From Bacteroidales bacterium (GTDB taxonomy: Bacteria > Bacteroidota > Bacteroidia > Bacteroidales > UBA10428), in NCBI GenBank assembly GCA_041737175.1, contig JBGSSF010000012.1:19-64018 (forward strand): DNA of 64,000 nucleotides. The letters run 5' to 3'. How positions within the stretch are numbered: the first letter of the stretch is position 1; each line of letters starts with the position of its first letter. The notes under the pieces were generated by a model. It was not told the DNA's origin. It saw nothing but the letters and a program-made list of their open reading frames with translations, and searched no databases. Made by a program: the position numbers and the translations under genes. This document shows positions 58,356 through 64,000 of this stretch, piece by piece.

Positions 58356-59120
58356 CTAAATAGCCCTGAAAAACTCATAATTAATGCTTTCCAGTTCAGA
58401 CATGTTAGGATACCGATAGAAAAGCAGGTTATCTTTATCACCCACATAGAAACCAGTCTGGATGGTCCTGAATAATAATGATCCATGATAAAAACGCTGA
58501 ACGGTTTTCATGCACTTTACTTCATCGGTCTTGAGTATTTCAAGGCAGTCTCTCAAATGGCCCACAGACGGATAAGGCAAATGTTCAGCTGAACCGGCCA
58601 TTGGATTTGTTGCCAATTCACCCAGTTTCAGGTCAACGAACAATAATTTGGGGAGGTATATGGGTTTGGTGCTGTCGGTAAGTTCCCTTAAAAACTGCGA
58701 AGGGGTTAACTTACTGGCAATCTGTGGCGTTACGGGGCATAATTCCTGGTACAGATGAAGGGCTTTTGGCGTTTCTTTGTTTTTATCGTAGGCGGTTTGT
58801 TTCAGTTCAAGCACGATTCCATTGTCAGTGCTGACATACAAGCTTTTAAATGCTTTAAGTGGAATGGTTTCCAGTACTTTATACACGGATAAGTAAACCG
58901 AATGTTTCGGACTGCCATCGGGCTGTCTGACACAACGTTTATTGATATAGTCCATGTTAATCAAATGCTTGATCTGGTCCAGGTCGATCTCGAAAAAGAT
59001 AGACTGTCCTCTGTTGCGTTTCTTGGTACCGGTAGCCATGTAAGCCCCGAATTCCATCGGGGGGATCATGGAAGCAATCAGTGCTTCAGGTGTAATTGAG
59101 AGGTAAATATACTTTTCCAT
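58356..59120 (-). CDS. Hypothetical cytoplasmic protein (254 aa), no family recognised
   Basis: Clean ORF ending 3 nt upstream of the transporter gene start, so a probable operon. No motif I can name. Confidence 0.5.
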   Translation of the reverse strand: MEKYIYLSITPEALIASMIPPMEFGAYMATGTKKRNRGQSIFFEIDLDQIKHLINMDYINKRCVRQPDGSPKHSVYLSVYKVLETIPLKAFKSLYVSTDNGIVLELKQTAYDKNKETPKALHLYQELCPVTPQIASKLTPSQFLRELTDSTKPIYLPKLLFVDLKLGELATNPMAGSAEHLPYPSVGHLRDCLEILKTDEVKCMKTVQRFYHGSLLFRTIQTGFYVGDKDNLLFYRYPNMSELESINYEFFRAI

Positions 59121-59237
59121 ACGTTCTTGTATAATTGATGAGTAAATAAAACCTCATCTTAAATTTAGCTAGAAATTTGCTCACTTAAAAGAAATAAGTG
59201 CTTTTATTTCATAGAAAATAGGTAAAGTCAGACTATC

Positions 59238-59274
59238 AAAAAGCCCTCATTCAAGAAATCAATGAGGGCTTTTT
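59238..59274. terminator. Bidirectional intrinsic terminator downstream of the heme-copper oxidoreductase operon
   Basis: AAAAGCCCTCATT-(9 nt)-AATGAGGGCTTTT, with A/T runs on both sides. Confidence 0.75.
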
Positions 59275-59316
59275 AAGTAAATGACCGGTGAAAACCAAGA
59301 ACAGTTGGTATAAAGA

Positions 59317-60936
59317 TTATGGTGCAGGCACCAGATCAGTGGTTTTAATCTTAGCTGGTGTGAAAATGCCCAAAACACCTTTCAGGCCAACACTCATAAC
59401 AATGTTATAAAAGAATACAACAAATCCGATGAAGATCAGGGTACCTGAAAGTGCAGCCAGGATCATCAGGAGGTTAAACTCACCATTCACATACAATGCT
59501 CTGCGCAACATGCCATGAAGTCCGGCCATGCCCATAAATGCGCCCATCCCGATTCCACCGGTAAGATGGCACCAGAAATGGATATCCACGAGTTTCTGAC
59601 TGTAAACTTTTGCACCGTTGGTAAGAATCGGGAAAAGAAAATAAACAGCTGCATAAAGAGTCATGGTAAGGCCAACAAGGACTGCAACGTGAACATGAGG
59701 CCCGACAATCCACTGGGTATTATGAAGAATCCTGTTCAGTCCAACGTCAGCCTGCATTATTCCAGCTGGCACGGCAAGCGCGAAACCGAGTAAACCTCCC
59801 AAAAGGAATTTCAGGGGGCCTGTCATTTTGAGAGGACGTGCACTCCAAAGGGTTGCCAACGTGATGAAAAATGCCAATCCCTGGGTTATAAGTTCAAAGG
59901 CAGTTACCATTTCACCTGAGATCACCTTGAGCGCTCCCGGCTGTGCTTGGTCCGACAGAAGGTGATGCGACCATACGGTCCATGATACGATCAGTTCCAA
60001 AAGCAAAGCTGCCCTGGCAATATTCTGCATGAAGAGCGGTTTGTTTGTTATCATCATGGCAAGCAGGTACCAGGTGCCTGCGACAAAGATCAGTACCAGT
60101 CCGTCCGCTATCAGATCAAGGCCCCACCAGAACCAGTTTTTGTACAGCAGCGCATCAATGGCGGTTTCCTTAAGATCGTACCCGAGTATTGAACCAACCA
60201 TATAGACGAGAATGAGAACGCCGGTAAAAAGAATTGTGATGGTGTTCAATGCCATATCAACGCTTCCTCTTGCTACGGCTGCCACAGGAAGTGGTACCAG
60301 ATGCTCTTTCTTGTTTTTTCTGAAAAGATTTTTAAACCCGGTGACACCCAGGGCGGATGCCATTAGAGCGCCTGACGGTTGTTTCTCCCAGCCTTTCGGA
60401 GTATATGCAATGGTCTTGAAAACATTAAGGATAAAAAAAGCAGTTCCTACCATTACCAGGGCAATCCCGACAATGAAGAATGTTCCTCCCCAAACGCTGA
60501 ATTGAGAGAAGTCAGCAGGTAAAGGCCAGTAGAGAGTATATAGGGGAGCATAATGACTGATAAAACCTGAAAACCAGAAAATAAATGTTCCAACTGTAAT
60601 CAGGATAAATGTCCAGTTGCCAAGTTTTATGCTCCAGAGGGGTTTTTTCATCAGGAAGGGAACCAGGAATAGAAATGCTCCGCAAACAATGGAATAGGTA
60701 GATCCGAATATTCCAACAAGCGGGTGAGCAGTGAGAATGGCAAAGAACTGAGATTCAGTAATAAAAGGGAGGGGCTTAACCTCATAAAGTCTCATCAGCA
60801 TACCTTCAATGACTACGAAGCCGAAATAAATCAGACCTACAACGACAAACCGCAATGTCAGCTTTTGCATGGGAGTAAGGGTTTCCGGTTTAAAAATACC
60901 TTCCTCACCGTTTATTAATGTCTTATAAAAATTCAT
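59317..60936 (-). CDS. Heme-copper oxidoreductase superfamily subunit I homologue with a non-canonical active site
   Basis: About 12-13 TM segments. Present: LTAH71PLVGIFG (helix II heme His), WSH324H325LL (helix VII) and GPH414VH416V (helix X). The helix VI segment reads WFWWGLDLIADG, with no His. Confidence 0.8.
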   Translation of the reverse strand: MNFYKTLINGEEGIFKPETLTPMQKLTLRFVVVGLIYFGFVVIEGMLMRLYEVKPLPFITESQFFAILTAHPLVGIFGSTYSIVCGAFLFLVPFLMKKPLWSIKLGNWTFILITVGTFIFWFSGFISHYAPLYTLYWPLPADFSQFSVWGGTFFIVGIALVMVGTAFFILNVFKTIAYTPKGWEKQPSGALMASALGVTGFKNLFRKNKKEHLVPLPVAAVARGSVDMALNTITILFTGVLILVYMVGSILGYDLKETAIDALLYKNWFWWGLDLIADGLVLIFVAGTWYLLAMMITNKPLFMQNIARAALLLELIVSWTVWSHHLLSDQAQPGALKVISGEMVTAFELITQGLAFFITLATLWSARPLKMTGPLKFLLGGLLGFALAVPAGIMQADVGLNRILHNTQWIVGPHVHVAVLVGLTMTLYAAVYFLFPILTNGAKVYSQKLVDIHFWCHLTGGIGMGAFMGMAGLHGMLRRALYVNGEFNLLMILAALSGTLIFIGFVVFFYNIVMSVGLKGVLGIFTPAKIKTTDLVPAP

Positions 60937-60954
60937 AGGAGTAGGAGTTTAAGG

Positions 60955-61533
60955 TTACTGATTATTGTTTTGGTTTGCAGGGTTCTCTGACACCACTTCA
61001 ACCGCATCCTTCACGATCATGAATACCCCCTTTGGTCCGGAATACTCTGTGGAACGTATTGTATATAAGCCCGGTTGATCAAACCTCCAGAGAATATCAT
61101 TGCGGTGGCCCGGTACAACCTGCATCTGAAAAAGCATACTGTTATCCTGCCGGAAAAGGCCAAAACCATAAGTCAGATCTTCCGATTTTACATCGAAAAG
61201 AACCAAGTCATTGAGATGAATAACCATTTTTTCCGAAGGAAGAATGAATTCATGGTTTCTAACGGTAATGTTAAATGTTTTATCAGGCGCATAATCAGAC
61301 CTGTTTAAGTCCACTTTTGTCCAGGGTATGGTGTTGTACGTTATGATGTGCAACGATACGCCCAGGACTGTCAGAAAACCTACAAAAGTGTAAAACAATG
61401 CCGGTTTAACACTTTTTTGCTTGCCATTACCCGTGACCCTCCAGGCAAACCAGGCAATCAGCAGAATAATTACAATACAGTAAAATGTATATGCAATTGT
61501 CTGACCCGCTAATACCATCTGTGAATCAACCAT
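60955..61533 (-). CDS. Subunit II-like membrane cupredoxin lacking CuA ligands
   Basis: Two N-terminal TM helices and a cupredoxin-sized domain. The CuA loop position reads STEYSGPKGVFM instead of CxxxCGxxHxxM, and the upstream His position reads DLTYGF. Confidence 0.65.
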   Translation of the reverse strand: MVDSQMVLAGQTIAYTFYCIVIILLIAWFAWRVTGNGKQKSVKPALFYTFVGFLTVLGVSLHIITYNTIPWTKVDLNRSDYAPDKTFNITVRNHEFILPSEKMVIHLNDLVLFDVKSEDLTYGFGLFRQDNSMLFQMQVVPGHRNDILWRFDQPGLYTIRSTEYSGPKGVFMIVKDAVEVVSENPANQNNNQ

Positions 61534-61574
61534 AGGACCTCCTTTTTTAGTTGTTTATTACTGTTTTTTTCAGG

Positions 61575-61892
61575 TTATTCGATTTTGATTAAAAGATCGG
61601 CCAATGAAGTTTTTTTCAGAATGCCCAGAATTTCTTCCTTCATCCTCATCCATACAGGATGTAAATAGCACTGCTGTTTGAAAGGACATTCACTGAATCC
61701 CATCAGGCATTTATTCAAACTGTCAAGCCCTTCGGTAGCTTCGATGATATCAGCCATGAATATTTCGGTTTTGTCCTTTCCCAATCTGAAACCGCCGTTT
61801 CTGCCTTTGATACTGTCAACCAAATGGCTTCTGGTAAGGTTTCCCATTATTGTGCGAAGATAGGAATTGCCAACGTATCTGTTCATCTTCAA
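61575..61892 (-). CDS. Rrf2 family regulator fragment (N-terminal ~33 aa of the wHTH missing; possible pseudogene), Fe-S Cys triad retained
   Basis: SYLRTIMGNLTRSHLVDSIKGRNGGFRLGKD aligns with IscR/NsrR residues ~40-70. Cys triad C-x7-C-x5-C (NKCLMGFSECPFKQQC). Upstream, the frame hits a stop after 23 unrelated codons, inside the preceding gene. Confidence 0.6.
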   Translation of the reverse strand: MKMNRYVGNSYLRTIMGNLTRSHLVDSIKGRNGGFRLGKDKTEIFMADIIEATEGLDSLNKCLMGFSECPFKQQCYLHPVWMRMKEEILGILKKTSLADLLIKIE

Positions 61893-61900
61893 CCAACTTG

Positions 61901-63409
61901 CTAAAGGGGTTCCCAGGTCATATCCCTGTCGAGCGGATAACTGGGACGATGAACATTTTTATAGGGCAAATTCGGAATATCGAGATTACAAAATCCCGAG
62001 GTCAGAGCCATTAAATGCACCGGCGCTATATCGCGAAGTTCAGGAAACAAATAGCCCAATTTGACAACCACTATTTTGAAGTCCAAAGGATTGAGCCCAA
62101 CCTCCTTAAAATCCCTGATCTCCACAAAAGAGCGACAGGATTTTAAAATGACGGTCGTCACACCCTCCGTTTCAACAACGGCTGCCCCCCTGCTTGTATT
62201 CATCACCGAATCAGGAGATATGAATACTACTTTTGCGCTTATTGGAAGCGGCTTCCCAAAAACTGTATCAACTTTGCCCCCCAGCGTGAGATCTACTTTT
62301 TGCCCAATCCCGGCTTCCATATATGTTGTCAAAGCTTCAGGATCAACAATGCCTGCCATCAGGGCATTCTTACATTTATGATGTAGCAAAGCACCCAGTA
62401 CCTGTGTGTTATCACCAGGTGCGCCTGCAGTCGTGTTATCTCCTGAATCGGAAATAAAGACAGTAGTATCCGCATATTCCTGTGATTTGAGTATCATCTC
62501 ATCCATGGATCCGGAGGGCACATCCAGTTCAAGTTTTTTTCTGTTGTCCCAGATCTGCCGGGCCAGGCGAACGGCTTCATTTTTGGCTGTTGCACTGTAT
62601 TTTTTATCTTTGGCCACTACAAAAACCCTCATTGCGGAACGAGGAAGGTCCGCCCAGCAATAACCTGCAAAAATGGAAGCATCGACCAGGCCTTCCATTT
62701 TACTGATGCCAGGGATTTGTTCATAGATGGGGCGCAAGGGCTCCACTTCCGTAATGCTTTTTTCACCCGGCACCAGTATGGGTATTACTACACTCTCGAT
62801 CTGAGGTTTCCATCCGGATTTCAGGGCATCCACAAGCATTTGTGCAGCCCTGGCCCTTGTTTCGGCTCCATCTCTGTGTGGCGCAGTGCGATAAGCGGTT
62901 AACATATCTATATTTTCCACAAACTCGGGGGAAGGATTTCCGTGAAGGTCGAAACTTCCAGAAATGAGAATGTCTTTTCCCACCAGGTCCCTTATTCCCT
63001 TGATGAGGTCAACCTGGGCGTCTTCGTAACCTTCAACATGCAATGCGCCATGCATATCCATATAAATGCCATCAATTTTTCCTGCATTTTTGATATCATT
63101 CAGTATCTCGTTCCTGAAGTTTTCATAGGCTGACCGTTCGACTATCCCTCCCGGCCAGGCATCTGCATGCAGGGTTGGAATAATTTCCATGCCCGCGTTT
63201 TTCAACACATCGGCCCACAGTTGATCCTTCAGAACTTCAGTTCCGCGCAGCACATGAAAGTCGGTTTCTTTTGTAAGGAAGGTTGAAAACGTGTTGGACT
63301 CATGACTGATCCCTAAAGTCAATATCCTTTTCCGGGCTGGTTCCTGCTTACATGTAAAAGCTGAAAACAGGAATAATCCTGACAAAACATATTCTATAAG
63401 GTTTTTCAT
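61901..63409 (-). CDS. M81 family metallopeptidase (MlrC-like)
   Basis: N-terminal motif LGISHESNTFS and overall ~500-aa MlrC N+C domain organisation, with a signal/lipobox-like start. Confidence 0.65.
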   Translation of the reverse strand: MKNLIEYVLSGLFLFSAFTCKQEPARKRILTLGISHESNTFSTFLTKETDFHVLRGTEVLKDQLWADVLKNAGMEIIPTLHADAWPGGIVERSAYENFRNEILNDIKNAGKIDGIYMDMHGALHVEGYEDAQVDLIKGIRDLVGKDILISGSFDLHGNPSPEFVENIDMLTAYRTAPHRDGAETRARAAQMLVDALKSGWKPQIESVVIPILVPGEKSITEVEPLRPIYEQIPGISKMEGLVDASIFAGYCWADLPRSAMRVFVVAKDKKYSATAKNEAVRLARQIWDNRKKLELDVPSGSMDEMILKSQEYADTTVFISDSGDNTTAGAPGDNTQVLGALLHHKCKNALMAGIVDPEALTTYMEAGIGQKVDLTLGGKVDTVFGKPLPISAKVVFISPDSVMNTSRGAAVVETEGVTTVILKSCRSFVEIRDFKEVGLNPLDFKIVVVKLGYLFPELRDIAPVHLMALTSGFCNLDIPNLPYKNVHRPSYPLDRDMTWEPL

Positions 63410-63490
63410 GACTGTTATTTGAGGTTTTATTCAGTACGTATGTGCAATTTAGGAAATTAAGATAAATAATAGTTAATAAATACTATTGTA

Positions 63491-63498
63491 TATCTTTG
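63491..63498 (+). promoter_or_regulatory. Bacteroidota -7 promoter box (TATCTTTG) for the tRNA gene
   Basis: Exact TAnnTTTG match ending 8 nt before tRNA position 1. Confidence 0.5.
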
Positions 63499-63506
63499 TT
63501 TATCAA

Positions 63507-63584
63507 GGGACGTTAGCTCAGTCGGTTCAGAGCGTCCCGACTGACAAGTCGGGAATTTCACTGGTTCGAGTTCAGTACGTTCCA
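63507..63584 (+). tRNA. tRNA gene (78 nt, no encoded CCA) with a 20-nt anticodon arm; GAC (Val) if read as the 7-nt loop CTGACAA; acceptor stem carries G3:U70 and A73
   Basis: Acceptor GGGACGT/ACGTTCC, T8, D-arm GCTC-AGTCGGTTCA-GAGC (A14, G18G19, A21), T-arm ACTGG-TTCGAGT-TCAGT. The anticodon arm TCCCGACTGACAAGTCGGGA is 3 nt longer than canonical. Confidence 0.6.
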
Positions 63585-63652
63585 CTTAATTACACCAGGA
63601 TCTGCCTTGCATAACCCGCTACGAATTCTAAATAAACACAAATGCGTATTCC

Positions 63653-64000
63653 ATGAAGCAATTCTTCAAAATCCTGCTATACACTATCGGCTCACTTTTG
63701 GGTCTGCTGATTCTGCTGGTTCTGATAGGCTGGCTTTACATGGGTATTTCCTCACGGTCATCCGTCAAAAAATGCAAAGCACTTCAGTCCGGCGAAGTCA
63801 AAACGCTAACTATTGACGATTTTACATTCAGAGACCTGAACAAGAACGGTAAACTGGATATCTATGAGGATTCCAGGAAACCGGTCGATGAGCGGGTGAA
63901 CGACCTCATTTCAAAGATGACAATAGAAGAGAAAGCCGGAACGATGTTCTTCATGATGATCTCCATGAAGAAAGACGGTTCCATATCCGAAAAACCAGCC
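63653..64000 (+). CDS. Glycoside hydrolase family 3 (beta-glucosidase-like), N-terminal 116 codons; runs off the window
   Basis: My own translation from the ATG at 63653 gives a TM/signal anchor followed by FRDLNKNGKLDIYEDSRKPVDERVNDLISKMTIEEKAGTMF, a typical GH3 N-terminus. It is open to the window end and absent from the ORF track because it has no stop. Confidence 0.7.
   Translation, partial: MKQFFKILLYTIGSLLGLLILLVLIGWLYMGISSRSSVKKCKALQSGEVKTLTIDDFTFRDLNKNGKLDIYEDSRKPVDERVNDLISKMTIEEKAGTMFFMMISMKKDGSISEKPA

Noticed and set aside
63607-63816. 69-aa plus-strand ORF from the track
   Set aside because: It is a different frame from the GH3 N-terminus, which starts at 63653 and carries family-typical motifs, so it is spurious.
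61901-64000. A genomic island integrated at the tRNA (tRNA next to a truncated regulator)
   Set aside because: There is no integrase, no direct repeat of the tRNA 3' end, and no clearly foreign gene content within the window. The truncated Rrf2 junction is reported separately, but calling this an island is not supportable from this sequence alone.

Overview
The window looks like a Bacteroidota chromosomal segment. I infer this from T9SS type-B cargo and PorP/SprF genes, a fused SecDF, a type III glutamine synthetase, DUF families typical of the phylum, TAnnTTTG -7 promoter boxes and no Shine-Dalgarno sequences before starts. It opens in the 3' end of an rRNA operon (23S tail, 5S, terminator). 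About 50 tightly packed genes follow, mostly housekeeping: valS, pdxH, nadC, rlmH, rluB, glmM, era, der, glnN-type GSIII, secDF, tatA, lolD and an MltF-like gene. I found no integrase, transposase, CRISPR array, prophage or recognisable defence system. Five things stand out. (1) A minus-strand operon at 59.3-61.9 kb encodes a heme-copper oxidoreductase subunit I with no histidine in the helix VI CuB-ligand segment. Its cupredoxin partner has lost all CuA ligands, and an N-terminally truncated Rrf2 (NsrR/IscR-like) gene sits upstream. This is a candidate non-canonical NO reductase. (2) A tRNA gene at 63507-63584 has a canonical acceptor stem, D-arm and T-loop (its T-stem carries a G53:U61 wobble), but its anticodon arm is 3 nt too long and it carries Ala-type acceptor determinants (G3:U70, A73). 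(3) A co-directional surface cluster at 27.4-37.5 kb runs from a Gly-rich T9SS type-B cargo through PorP/SprF, a PD40+PKD protein and an unknown secreted protein to a propeller-SpoIIE phosphatase, just downstream of a 1212-aa orphan histidine kinase. (4) Six intergenic loci carry short tandem repeats with 7-9 nt units, each with its own sequence. Most touch stop codons and some are paired with inverted copies. (5) Clusters of nested CCCT-N3-AGGG palindromes occur in intergenic regions, one with a promoter box inside a perfect 20-bp inverted repeat. All functional calls come from motif recognition by eye; no searches were run.
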